From Ylistrum balloti (lineage: Eukaryota): a DNA stretch of 64,000 bases. Positions 11,800-25,300 of this stretch are shown here, piece by piece; within the stretch, counting starts at the first letter, position 1, and every line of letters begins with the position of its first letter. The notes under the pieces were generated by a model. The model worked only from the letters and a program-made list of their open reading frames with translations, made no database searches and was not told the DNA's origin. A program made the translations under genes and the position numbers. The stretch spans positions 496,001 to 560,000 of the forward strand of contig NW_026782051.1 in the NCBI RefSeq assembly GCF_031769215.1, read 5' to 3'.

Positions 11800-12740
11800 T
11801 TTTAGACATGTAATGTTACGATAAAAACGTTCTCGAGTAGACAGAAGGTCACTGCAGTCCAATAAAAAAATGTTGAACGGTGAATGGTTCATCACATCCT
11901 ATGCACCAAGGATGATCTTCGCCTTTTAACATATATGAATGTGTAAGGGCAAGGACAACTTCGTCTCGGTAGTTGTCTCTATAGCCTGGAGACCATTCAC
12001 CGATAACAGGTTTAACGGAGTGCAATTTGTTATTGGTAAAGGTATTCCAATCCTCCTGCCACTGAGCTTTTAAAATTTGTTTAATGAATGGTTTAAAATC
12101 GGTAAGATGAAGTTTAAAAACAAGTGGTAGCAATAAAGATGTCTTTGCGGCACGATCTGCTTTTTCATCGCCTGGTATTCCCATTTGCACAGGAACCCAG
12201 CAAAAAGCAATACGAAAGTTAAAAGCAAGTTCATTATATAGCATTAAGGTATTTCTAATGAAAATATTTTCGATATATCTATTGCTAAGAGTTTGTATAA
12301 CAGAAAGAGAGTCTGAATGGATAACAACTCTCATAACTTTATTTCTTTGAATATATTCAAGGGCGAGGTAGATAGCTCGCGCTTCTGCCGAGATTATTGA
12401 GGCGTTGTTCGGCAGCCGGCATCCATAGGTTTCATCTTGTGTAACCATGGCCGCAGCAACTTTATCATTATCTTTTGGAGCATCAGTAAATAAATATAGA
12501 AATGTTTTCTATTTTATCTGCAATTTCCAGAAGGATGAACGAAACGTGTACCTGTTTGTGTCTGATTAAACCATCTCATGAAGTGAAAAGTCAAGTTCAG
12601 GTGAATTCATGAGCCAGGGTGGAATCTCTATCTTCCCAAATGACTGAATTTGGTTAACAAAAGTATCAACAGCATGTGTCCTAGAGCAACAGTCGAACAA
12701 AGCATTTCATACATTATGGGGCTGCTGCACCTCCCTGTCT
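11800..12740 (-). mobile_element. 3' fragment of an RNase H-bearing non-LTR retrotransposon (I-group, e.g. I/Nimb-like)
   Basis: FTDAPK..CRLPNNASIISAEARAIYLAL..IHSDSLSVIQ..CWVPVQMGIPGDEKADRAAK (RNase HI), followed by a terminal C-x2-C..H knuckle (WCIGCDEPFTVQH). Confidence 0.88.
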
Positions 12741-13210
12741 AGATTAGGAGTTTCTTTGATCACTTTGGATTTCCCCCATTCCTCTCCTAGACTTAAGAAT
12801 TTTAGCATCACTGAGGAGTCCTAGAAGGACGAAACAGCTGTATGATGCAGTTTAATTCATTGCTTTGGCACTACTGTAAATCAATCTGAATTATGAAAAT
12901 GTGCTATTAACTTGTGTGACTTTTATACAATGTGATAATGTATCCTTTTTATGCTACTTATTTAGGTTAATGCGTGTAATTACACATTTCAAAGATTTAT
13001 ATATAATCATAATGAATTCTTTACTGACAACCGAAGAAAAATACATGAACATGAACACAAAGTCAGGAAAATGATTTACTTCGTTAATTTTTGTTTCAGA
13101 ATTTTCCCGCTTCATTAATTGAAAAAACTTTGTTATTATCTTTAAGAACTATATCAAGGTAGTAGCTGAATGAAATTCACATTTCACATATGAAAGACAG
13201 TGATGCGTCG

Positions 13211-13505
13211 ATTTCATATATATATCACTGGTGTGTTTATTTCACATATGTATGACAGTAGTGTGACCATTTCACTTGTGTATGACAGTGGTGTGTCAAT
13301 TTCACATATGTACGATAGTGGTGTGTCGATTTCACATATGTACGATAGTGGTGTGTCAATTTCACATATGGACGTTAGTAGTGTGACAATTTCCCATATG
13401 TATGTCAGTGGTGTGTCAATTTCACATGTGTATGACAGTAGTGTGTCAATTTCACATGTGTATGACAGTATTGTGACAATTTCACATATGTAAGACAGTG
13501 GTGTA
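13211..13505. repeat. 30-bp minisatellite, about 10 copies
   Basis: Unit ATTTCACATATGTATGACAGTGGTGTGTCA. Confidence 0.92.
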
Positions 13506-14829
13506 ATGACTTTTTGTTATCGGTTGTAATTTTACCTGAACTAGATTTGACTATCCTTGTCTAAGCGATCTTTTACACATTGCTATCTGTAACACGTAAC
13601 CACTTAACCCTCGTCCATCTCATTATTCAACAACAGATAATGTTAACAAGATATGTATAATAACATGTACGCACAGATACGTTGTCTAGAAAATGTACCC
13701 TTTTTCAATACAGTCAAATTTCACCATATTGATTGCGTGTACATAAAAACACGCAAAATGTTTTTATCAAAAGACTAAAATCAAGTCTGTCAAGCAATAC
13801 AGATTCTGAAATTGATGATAATCAAGACTTGCTTGGCCTCTACAGTTTCTAGAATAAACTAAATTCAATAGTTATTGACCCAAACTGTAATATATTTTAT
13901 ATGTGATGATAATGCGATGAAAACATGTTAATAAATACTATTGCGGCATCATCATTTCAAGAAGCTTATCAAGATTGTTTTTGGTCTATTATGTAAAAGC
14001 TTGGCTTTAATGTTGTACTGCTTTAATTCTAGAAACTTTTCCGATATCCAGTTCAGGATAAGATTTAAAATTAACAATTAGATAAACATACTGCAAATAT
14101 GTTGGCAAAAGCGATATCATCTTTCAGCATGTGATTAACCTTAACAAATTCTTCTTATTAAAGAAATGTGCCCAGATTGAACTTTTCGTAATTATGTCAT
14201 TTGCTTAATGAGATATCATGAAATATATAGATATACAATAAATATGTAATTCCATGTGTAAAACATATAGATATCCACAAATAACTGTTTGGCCAGTACC
14301 ACCAAGCCTACACAATAATCACATATATTACTCGGTATACAGTATAATTGAAAGTAATGAGTATTCCCTGATCAATATAGCTCTATCACTTATTCCAGCT
14401 TAAGTTGTATATTGTTATCCTATTCTCTGAATATTCTAAATTCCTTCTTTGATTGCCTTGGTCTTCCGTTGAAGATGTAAAAAAAGAATCTGATGTACAT
14501 ATCATTTCTTGACCGTAGTGGACTTTCACTGACTGACCACTGTGTTATGTTACTTTGGTCCAGCTATGAGGAGGAGTAGGAGTAAAGCGCTATGTTCAGA
14601 CATTTCTCGTTACTATAGGATTAAAATCTTAAATCTTTGGAATATTTCATATAAAATCCTTCTTGATGTAGAAGAAATTTGTTCAAACGATTGCTTCTCG
14701 TCATTACCTCTGAATACAATTTTATCTATTGTTGATTTATTGTATTTTTACAACAAATAATGAATTCCAAATAAGAAATATAAAATCCAGAGTCGAAAAT
14801 ACTTTCTACGTTATTATTCTTCTATCTTC

Positions 14830-15535
14830 TAGCATAACAGACCACAGAGATGTTGCAAAGCCCTTCCATTTCACTTCCAGACATATTGATGATGTCTTGA
14901 ATTTAAATAACAAGAGACAAATTGACCATCTCCATCGTATATATCCACCAGAATTAAAATAGGTAGGTCGGGTGGCGCCATGGGTAACGCACTCGCCATC
15001 CAGGGTTCGATTCCCGGAATGGACGTGAAAAGGTAAGGAGTCACCTGCCCGACCACGTGGGTTTTCTCCGGGTTCTCTAGTTTCCTCCCACACGAGACCC
15101 GTCGCGCGCTTCCATGTGGGCCATCAAGAGTGAGTAATATAAGTTGGAAAAACTTGTTTCGCAATTGTTGTAAAATAAATAAAGTTTCATTTATTAGAAC
15201 TGGAAATCAAGTACATAACAGAACCTTCTACATCAGCTGCTTATCTTGATTTTTTCCTAAAACAAAAAAAAGACATAAACAGCTTTCCACCAAGCTGTAT
15301 GATATGCTTGATGATTTCAATTTCCCTATTGTGAATTTTCCATTTCTGGATAGCAACAACCTTGCATCCATAGCTAATGGTGTTTACACGTCGTAGTTTA
15401 TTCGATATACAAGGGCCTGTTTTTGTGCAAGGTATCAAGTTATGTACAAGTGTATCACACGGTTTCAAACGCTGCATATTGATGAAGATTGTGAGGAAGA
15501 TTTACTGTCACCACAGTGATCTCATTTTAAAATAT
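14830..15535 (+). mobile_element. Penelope-like (probably Naiad-type) RT fragment, split by a SINE
   Basis: FHFTSRHIDDVLNLNN..IYPPEL | ELEIKYITEPSTSAAYLD..KLYDMLDDFNFPIVNFPF..GVY..FIRYTRAC, degenerate. Confidence 0.7.
14962..15195 (+). mobile_element. tRNA-derived SINE with a V-domain-like core
   Basis: A-box-like GGTGGCGCCATGG, B-box GGGTTCGATTCCC, core GTGGGTTTTCTCCGGGTTCTCTAGTTTCCTCCCACA, AT-rich tail and a degenerate target duplication (AGAATTAAAAT / AGAACTGGAAAT). Confidence 0.8.
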
Positions 15536-16409
15536 TCTACTTCTATTTTTTGAGAAGAAGTTGGACGTGCTTGATGGTCGTTAGTTTGCTTGTTGGTTCT
15601 GTTGTTGTATACCTTGTTCTTATTGAGAACTTCAATTGTCCAAGATTTACATAGAGGGTGCCGTCAATGAAGCAAAAGATGCTTATTCTTCCTGAACACG
15701 TGGCCTTATTCTCCTTATACTTTCTTGGGAGTCTTCGTGTGAACCTTTCTTTTGTTTATAGTTCGTCCTTGTTCTATTAAATTTGGGTAATGATTTTGTT
15801 CAAATGTTGATACTACCATGCTGCTTTTCCTACTAGTATTACACGTAATTCATGTTGAAATAACACATAAAGTAGAGTTTCGTAATAATATGTTGATTGA
15901 TTTATTAAAAACACAATCAAAGATTTACATCCGTTGTGTGAACAGAACATTTAAACATTGTTATCCGTCATTATTCCTCAAAAGTTTCAACATCTGGTTG
16001 TGATATTTATGTGATGGCCCTGCCTTGACCAAATACAATTGAAAATTTATTATCGGTATATGTATTTGTGATGTAAGATTACTACGGATTAGACCTATCA
16101 GAGGCCAGTGATAAAATAAACAAAACCTGTTCAGGTTATGAATTAGACCTACACACACAGATCATATCAAAAATAATGCACATCTACTTATGTGTTGGTC
16201 GAAAGACAAAATCTGTTTCTTTGAAAACTTGTTATCATCTACTATCATTTCTGCTTTAAAATTATACTTACAGATGTTTGCAGATATTGCCAATATTAGG
16301 ATAACGTTTTTTGGAAATGGGCTGTAAACAATTACCTTTTAAAAGGATATATCATTTATACTAGCTCCATGAAAGACTGTATTGATAAGGATATTTCAAG
16401 AATCAATAT

Positions 16410-18020
16410 TATTGTTCTAAGAATGTTGATTGATAAGGTGCCACTTTTAGTTGTCTTGTTGCCAAACACCACATTTGAACATCTTCTTTCCTTCACCATG
16501 ATTTCTCATTATATGTCTTTTCAAATGTTTATTTCTGTTAAAACCTTTCCCACACTTTTCACATTTGAATTATTTCACTTCAGCATGTATTATATGGTGT
16601 CGTTTCAAGGTTCTTTGACAACTGATGGCTTTTCCACAAATATTACATTTAAACGGTTTCTCTCCTGTATGTAACCTAAGGTGTGCTAGCAGTGTGTTTT
16701 TCTGACTCAATTCCTTCCCACAAATATCACATCGAAACAATTTAACCTCAGCATGTATTGTCTGGTGTCGTTTAAAGTTAGCGGGCCAACTAAACTCTTT
16801 CCCGCAACTTGAATGGTTTTTCTCCAGTGTGTATCCGAAGGTGTGCCAAAAACGTATCTTTAAGACTCAACTTCTTCCCACAAATATCACACTTACACGA
16901 TTTAACTTCGTCGTGTGTTATCTGGTGTCGCCTAAAGTTACTTCGCCAGCAAAACTCTTTCCCACAAATTTCACATTTCCTGTGTGTGTCCGACGGTGAG
17001 CCATTAGATTGCTTTTGTGATTCAACTCCTTTTCACAAATATCACATTTAAAATGCCTTTCACTTTTATGCCTCTTTAAATGGTCATTCAGATTTTCAGC
17101 TTGTCTGAAATCCTTCCCACAAACATGACATCTGTATGTTTTCTCTCCTGTGTGGATCTTCATATGCTCTTTGAAATTACCTGCTCGACTGAATTTTTTG
17201 CCACAAATGTCACATGTAAATGGTTTTTTCTCCTGTATGTACCAGACGATGAAGCTTAAAATGCCCAGATCGACCGAAATGCCTACCACATATTTCACAA
17301 CTATATGGTTTTTGTTCTATGTGTATCATTGCGTGTTTCCGTAAGTCTCCTTTCTGGTTAAAATCCTTGCCACAGACATCACACTTGTGATGTTGGACTT
17401 CTGTATGGATGGCTACTTGTTCCCGGAGATGTCCTTTGTCCCTAAATTTCTTACCGCATATATCACTACTTCGAGGTGCTTCTCCTGTATTTTCACATCC
17501 ATCTTCAATAGGGTCGTTTTCCTTGGTCGTGTCTAGTAAATTACGTCTTGACATATTGCCAAGCATGAGGAAATAAGTGTCTTAGTATCCTCAATCTTTC
17601 GTGCACTATCTCTTCCTTTCACTGAATTAATATAGTGTTGCCCAGTAAAGATAAATCTCTGTGACTATTGGCTCCTTCATGTTGGTCTGTATCAAACAAT
17701 CTAGAGTTCATTTATTGGTTTGATTTTCACTATGCACTGCAAACCTCCCAGCCTTTTATATGATAAATCTTTACGTTTTTCTTTTTATACTATACACATT
17801 CTTTTATATAGATATGTATTTAGAATTTTTGTACATCTCATGACACATATTCTTCATTCTTGAATATATTCAAAAGTTTAAACATTTCTTGTATTCCCTG
17901 GATTATGGAAACCGTTTTATATTATTGCGGTTTGTAACTCATAAACTTGAAATATAATGTCTTCATATCTCTGTCATTGGGTCCTGCAATTCAAGGCTAA
18001 GGCTAGGTATATTTGCTGAA
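16410..18020 (-). pseudogene. C2H2 zinc-finger pseudogene, inverted paralog of the 31-33 kb locus
   Basis: MLGNMSRR..NDPIED and finger helices (KGHLRE, QKGDLRKH, GRSGHFK) align with the 31.5-kb ORF. The acceptor TTTTGTTTCAG|CA near 18017 is shared. Multiple frameshifts and stops. Confidence 0.9.
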
Positions 18021-19179
18021 ACAAAAAGATGTTTTAATCAATGAAGTGCTCATTTTAACGTACCTAGTCAAGGGGTTCGAAATAAAGATAAGAGATAAAT
18101 TGATACCTTGCGTGATAGTACAGTTCATGCCTTTATAATACAACATCCCCGTATATGTATGACCTGAGGTTGATAAGAGTTGTCTCCCATGAACCGGTAT
18201 CTTGAATCTTCACTTTATGCAGTCGATTTAGGTAAGGACACATAGGTGGTTTAGGTATACGTGCGACCATAGGCACCCGTATCTGGAACGTAAACAACTC
18301 AAGCAAAGATCAGCTAGATCTACTGTTATACATCATACGAACAAAGTGGACTGGATTTTTTGCTCGAGTTTTTTTCATTTAGCATTTGTAACGAACCAGT
18401 ATGGGCTAACGGATTCACAATTTTGTGTTTTGCATTGTAAGACACACTTACCATAAAGCAAATTTATCAATTTCGTGCTCTGATGTAGCATTATAACACG
18501 TGATAATATTCGGAATTCACGCCTGTGATTATATCTTGATTACTTGACTGGAGTCAGGCTTGCCCACAAAAACTCAATTTCTAGCCGGATTAACTTATTC
18601 ATACTTCCGGTTCTCTTATCTGATATTCTTGTCTGGTATCAAGTCAAACTACTTGAAGAGCAGCAAATTCTGGCGTTATAACATGAGTCTGGTGAACATC
18701 ATATGATATTTACATCTCTCAGACCGGTTGTCGGTTGGAAGTTGTCCGCATTCGTAAAGAAAAACTTCGAATAGAGCGCGTTCGAAGAGGTACCTAATAC
18801 ATAGGCAGAAGGAACAATTAATTAGCATTTTTCCTGAAATTATAGGTCATGTTTGAAATATATATCTATAGCAGATTTGTTATGAAAAATATATCCTTAC
18901 ATGTATATATGTTTATAAATATATAACAATTAAATCAAAAGTAGAGGAATAAAAAATGTGCAAATAAAAATTATCCTCTGATTTCTGACATGTGATTGCC
19001 ATAGTTATCAGCTCAAAAATGCTAAATATCCCCCCCCCCCCTTCTAAAAAACAATTACTAATTCCAACATAACACTGCAACTTTATAGAAGAAATTTATT
19101 TCTGAACAACATGGTGGTATACAATCAGCAACACTGTCATGGTAACAAACTAATATTCAAGTTCGGCAAAATGAAATTG

Positions 19180-19850
19180 GGAACGCCTTTACAATATGAC
19201 CACGTGTAAACACCATTAATATTTCATCACCTGTAAAGATAGTTTTCGGTGTGTAGACCGTGCAAATAGTAATCACCAATCCAACGTAAAATCATTTTTC
19301 TAAAAAATATGAAAGCCCACATTGTTCACTTTAACATGACAAGACCAATGTTAGCCGGCTTAACCTGAGGATCAGCGCTCCTAATTTAATGGTTTATGGC
19401 GAGACTGGACGTTTTCCTATCGAAGAGCAAACAAAATTAAGAATGGTGATTTTCTGGAAAAAAAAGACAACACAAAATGATAATAAACTGTTTACATGTA
19501 TGTATACGTTAATGTTTCAGTTACCGGAAAGGGATAACGTGACTTTTAAATCAATCAGTTAGTGTAAAATAAATATTTTATGATACTGATTTAAATCATA
19601 TTTGGTCCAATCAGAATGTAACAGCAGTGAATAAAAACCGCTTTAAACATTTAGAACAACAATGACGTTAAGACTATTTTATATAAAAATGGTATGATGA
19701 TATTGAAAACAGTAGCCATGGTCAATTGTACTCTATTTTAAAAGTTAACTTTGAAATTGCAAAGTTTCTTTTGAAAGTTAACCATAAAACAGAAATATTA
19801 TGTACATTTACCAGTAGAAACAAGTAGATGGACAGGAATTCCGCGAGAAG
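19180..19850 (+). mobile_element. Highly decayed 3' LINE ORF2 fragment related to the 20-25 kb element
   Basis: Remnants such as LRISAPNLMVYGETGRFPIE and HLPVETSRW parallel LRCSTANYMVYCELGRYPL and HLPIETGRW at 24.5-25.1 kb. Confidence 0.6.
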
Positions 19851-20230
19851 AGTGTTAAAAGCGATGTCAGATTTATGTTTTCGTATGGGTCAACGATTGA
19901 TCATCGTTTGAAAGACTACGGCAACAGTGTTAAGAAATAAAAGATCGTACAAAGGTCGATTATAGCGAAAGCTGTGAGAAAACTAAAAACCAAGAAAGTG
20001 TGGAGGATATCACTTTTCATGGAAGTACACACTTGGCGCGACTTCAAAATGAGTTTTTTTTGTGAAGGGGGTTACGTGTTTGGAATTAATGGATATGTAG
20101 CAAGATCATAATTATTAAATTATTATATTTATTGTCAAATTCTGATGGATATAAGATATATTTATTTGTCGTTCGGTCAATATGCTGAATTAGTTGTTTT
20201 TTACTTACTTGTATAGTATCCGTACTGACT

Positions 20231-23200
20231 GGAAGATGGCGGAACACAGTGCGGACGTGTGAATCGGCCCCGGTGCTGTTTTCGCTGAATTTTGTTGTGT
20301 TGTAATCCTGGAACGCCCCAACAACGTTATGAAAGGCAGCAAGTTGATTTTACAACAAGACGGTGACTCGAAAACAGTCCTAGTAGTATCTATACCAGCA
20401 AAAACTTGTAATCACCAAATCTGTTTTACCTGATGTTACCAGTGTGCATGAGCTTTACACGTGTCAACGTATCGGAGGTGAACCGACTGTCGATTGTCCT
20501 ATGTATATGTAGTACATACGTATCGTACCCTACATGTTATTCCATGTTGTTCCAATTATCGTCACTTGCGTCATTATATAATTCCTGTCAAAAAGAATTT
20601 ATTTAAATGGGAAAGAAGGGTGATAAAGGAAAGCTGATCACTCGACCGTGACCAACACAGGTACATTTAGCCCCTGTACGTCTACGGGACACGCGTTCAC
20701 GTGCGCACACACAGGACTTAGTAATACCAGTGACATTATAACGAGTGCTCAGCGGGAACTCTACGGGTCTCCCCCCTCAACTATGTCTATGCCTGTTCCT
20801 AAACCATTGTATTATCAGCAAACAACGAACCAGCCAGCTACCGCTTCTAGCCTCTTGCTACCACCCTCGCCCCAGGCATTCCCTCCAAATCTGGACTCTG
20901 TTCTACGGGACATCTACAATAAACTTTCGAGACTAGACACACTAGACACCATCGTCAGTAGGCTCGATGTTATAGAAGGGAAGTTCACATGCATGGAGAG
21001 TAACATATCCAACATCAAACAAGAACTCCGAATCCATAGCGAAAAACTGGAAGGGACCGATTTTGATCACACCATTCTAGAAGAAATAACCAGTAAGGTT
21101 GAAAGTGAGAGAGATCGGTTGTGGGAGGAATGTGACTATCAGAGGGAGAAAATCATTGAACTCCAGACGAGGTCTATGAAGGACAACTTGCTGATTGGTG
21201 GTATACCCGAGACCAATGAGGCTACGGATGATCCCGAAGCCCTATTGAAGAACTTTATCAAGACTGAGCCGGGTGTAGAAAACGACATCAACTTCCAGGT
21301 TGTCCATCGATTAAGAAGACGGTCAGACGGCAAGCCACGTTCTATGATAGCGAAATTCACTTCACGGAAAGACCGCGATATGGTCTTGAATGCTGCCCCC
21401 GTTTAGCTAGTCGGTAAGCCCCAATTCACTGTCAACGTGCAATACTCCCCTGAGGTAAATGAAAGAAGGGGAATCCTGTACCCTGTGTTCAAGGAAGTTC
21501 GTAGGCGCGGCCAAACGGCTCGTATGAAAGTCAAAAAGTTGTACATCGATGGATATCTGTACAACACACCTACTCACGACCCTCCCCGAAACGATGGCCC
21601 ACGGGATCGCTTTGGTGATCATTCCAGATCCCAGGACCAACGATGGACCAGTCAGCCACCCAATAGGCACAACTATCATGGTCCACCAGCGCCCCCTAGT
21701 GGACATCAGCATGACAGCCAGTCAGTCCCATCTGATGGGCAGGGCCCACGAAACCCTCGCAACAACCGTCTGTAGGGAGACGCTACGAGAGGTCTAACCA
21801 ATGACCAAGACTGTACAAAGAACTAAAATTTACTTTTTAAATGTAAGTGGTTTAAAATCAAAACTTGATTTACCAGAATTTGTTACACTGATAAAATCTA
21901 ATGATATTTTGATATTTGTTGAATGTAAGACTGATGACCCTGATGTACTGAAGGTACCATCTGAATATACTTATTATGCAAAAAATCGTCTCAAATGCAA
22001 GAAGAAGTCTGGTGGTATTGTCATTATATATAAAAAGTCTGGTGGTATTGTCATTATATATAAAAAGAAGTTGAAACCTTTGTTACATTTTTATAATACA
22101 ATGGGTAAAGCTGACAAAATCTGCTCTAGGTTTAGAACGCGATTTGATATTAGGGTGTACATATATTCCACCCGAGAACTCTAGATATTCTTCCCTAGAT
22201 GCATTTAATGAAATTGAAAAGGAAATGATTGAATTACAAAATCCTGATTGTAATATAGCTTTAATTGGTGATTTTAATGCAAAAACCAAACACCTACGGG
22301 ATTTCATAGAACCTGATGACTCCCTCATGAATATTTGATATTGACAAAAATGATGATGTTTTCAACTATATGTATGATTTTGAAAAAACTAATACAATTT
22401 GGTGTTCCTTTAATGAGAACGAGTCAATGTAAATGTAATGTGAACAACTTTGGCAAGAAGTTACTCGAATTGTGTAAACAAAATAATATGTACATTGCAA
22501 ACGGTAGACTTGGAAGAGACAAATCAATAGGAAAAACTATTTGCAATGACACAAGTGTGATCGATTACTTGCTATTGTCATCTAGTATTTTTAAACATGT
22601 ATCATTTTTTGATATTGTCGATTTTAATCCTTTATTCTCTGATGTACACTGTAGACTTGAATTTTGTTTCAAAAGTAATGAGAACGTGCAAACTTTAATT
22701 GTGGACGGTAATATCAGCATTTCTAATTGCAACGATTATGTTAAATGGAGAGCGGACCAAGAAGAATCTTTCTATAATTATATACATGAAGATACAAGTG
22801 GGAAAATTAAACTTCTTGATGAAATGTTAGAATCAATAGCAGTTAAAGAGATTAATTGCATTACAGATAATGATATAAATGATGTTGTAAATAATGTAAG
22901 CGAAATTTTTAAAACAACAGCTAGAAATGTATTTGGTATAAAAAAAGTAACAAAATCATTTAAACCTAATACCAACAAACCCTGGTTTACAAAAGATTGT
23001 AATAAAAAGAGGAAAGAATTCCATACAGCAAAGCGCAAATATGATAATTGTAAGACCATACCAAATAAAATAGCGCTCAAACATGCGAGTAAATCATACA
23101 GAAACTCGTAGAATAAACAATTCTTGAATTATCACGATAAGAAACAAAACGAACTTAGGAGAACTGCGAAGTCTGATCCGAAATCATTCTGGAAAATATT

Positions 23201-25300
23201 GAATGAAATAGATGGAACTTCTAAAGATCAAAATACTGATAGTAAACCTGACGATTTGTATGAGTATTTCAAAAACCTTAATAAGGGAGATAACTCCGAC
23301 GAAAGTTTTGATTTCGATGCCGTAAATGACGGCATGTTTGATGAGGTTCTAAACGGTGAAATTACTATAGATGAAATTATACAGTCCGTTAAAAGTCTGG
23401 ATAATAACAAGGCGAGTGCGGCCGATGGAATGGTCAATGAATATATGAAAAGCACACTTGAATTATTTGTACATGTATATCATAAGTTGTTTAATATTAT
23501 TTTAAATACCGCACGTATCCCGGATTCTTGGAAAGTTGGCGTTATAAAACCTTTATATAAAAATAAAGGCGACCCGAAAAACCTTGACAACTATAGAGCG
23601 ATAAGTCTTGTATCATGCCTAGGAAAAGTTTTCACGGCTATATTGAATAATCGTTTGAATAAGCTATCTGATGAAATTAACCTTATTAGTGGTGCGCAAG
23701 CTGGCTTCAGAAGGAAACATTCTACCGATGATAACATTTTCATTTTACATTCTCTAATACCTATTTATTTTTCACTGGGGAAAAATTGTATTGTTCGTTC
23801 GTAGATTTAAAAAAAAAAGCTTTCGACTCGGTCTGAAGTATCGGATTATGGAAAAAAAGTCCAGAAAAGTACCGGGAAAATTTTGAAAGTCATAATAAAT
23901 TTGTATATGATAACACTAAATCATGTGTCAAACAAGGAAACAATATGTCAGGTCTGTTCAATTGTAATGTCTGGGTAAAACAAGGGGAAAATTTATCCCC
24001 ATTTTTATTTGCAATTTATCTAAATGATTTAGAAGATTTTTTTCTAGAAAATGATATCAGATGTCTCCAATCAATTAAAAACTTGGGTAATGACATAGGT
24101 ATATATATTAGATTGTTTCTTATTTTGTACACAGATGATACTGTTATAATTTCTGAATCAGCAGATGGATTACAATCTGCACTTAACACGTTTCAAAATT
24201 ATTGTAATGAATGGAAACTCACTGTCAACACTCAAAAAACTAAAATTGTTATATTCTCTAAAAGAAAATATGATACAGGAGGTCAGTTTTTACTCTGTAA
24301 TGAAGAACTTGAAATCTTGGAATCTTTCTCATATTTAGGTGTTTTATTCAACTATAATGGCTCTTTTGTCAAAGCAAAGGATAAACTTGCACAACAAGCG
24401 AAAAAAACTTTATTTGCTGTGTATAGAAAGATTAGAAACATTTCTTTACCAGTTGATCTACATTGAAGATTTTTGATTCCCTTGTACAACCTATACTCCT
24501 ATATTCAGTAGAAATATGGGGATTTGAAAATACAAATATTATTGAGAAAATTCACTTGCAATTTTGTAAACGTATTTTGAATTTGAGATGCAGTACAGCG
24601 AATTATATGGTTTACTGTGAATTAGGTCGATACCCATTAAGTATCGAAATTAAATGTAGAATGGTTATGTTTTGGTATAGTTTGATATCTAGTAATAAGT
24701 TATCTAGTAACATTTATAAATTATTGTATTATCTACATGAAAATGGAAACAAGAGTTTCAAATGGATTACTTACGTGAAAAATATATTTTCCAAAACTGG
24801 TTTAAACTTTGTATGGAATCTACAGGAAATGTGCACAATAAGTAAAGCTACTTTAAAATCTATATTAAAACAACGACTAAGGGCCAGTTTATTCAGAAAT
24901 GGTTTAACGATATAGATGTGTCATCTAGAGGACAGATATACTCAATTTTTAAGTCTAAGTTTCAAATAGAAGATTATCTGATGAAATTAAATGAAAGAGA
25001 CAGGAAGTATATTTTAAAATTACGTACATCAAATTTGCATTTACCCATAGAAACAGGGCGATGGAACGGTACACCTTGTCAGGATAGAATGTGTAATTTG
25101 TGCTCTAGAGATATTGGCGATGAGTATCATTATTTATTTATTTGTGAACATGTATTGGTATGTCAAATCCGACATTTATATATTCCAAAATATTACTGTA
25201 TATATCCTAGTCGTACGAAAATGGAAGGTCTTTTTTCTCCGTGTAACGTTTGCTAATTCATATTCATAGATTTCTAGAAAAACTTGAAAAACTTCTGAAA
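20231..25300 (+). mobile_element. Near full-length, decayed non-LTR retrotransposon (ORF1 plus APE/RT ORF2; CR1/L2/RTE-X-like, clade unresolved)
   Basis: The 5' end has GAAGATGGCGG. ORF1 about 20607-21775 (coiled coil; RSMKDNLLIGGIPE..VHRL..KPRSMIAKF..LYIDG, L1-ORF1-like RRM/CTD). ORF2 about 21801-25256 (FLNVSGLKSK, GDFNAK, SVIDY; PLYKNKGD..NYRAISL, QAGFR, QGENLSPFLF, YTDD). Several stops and frameshifts. Confidence 0.9.

Noticed and set aside
13200-13493. 97-aa ORF with ISHMYDSGVS repeats
   Set aside because: By-product of a 30-bp minisatellite.
14962-15020. tRNA gene
   Set aside because: Only A- and B-box remnants are present, with no cloverleaf; the sequence continues into a SINE core.
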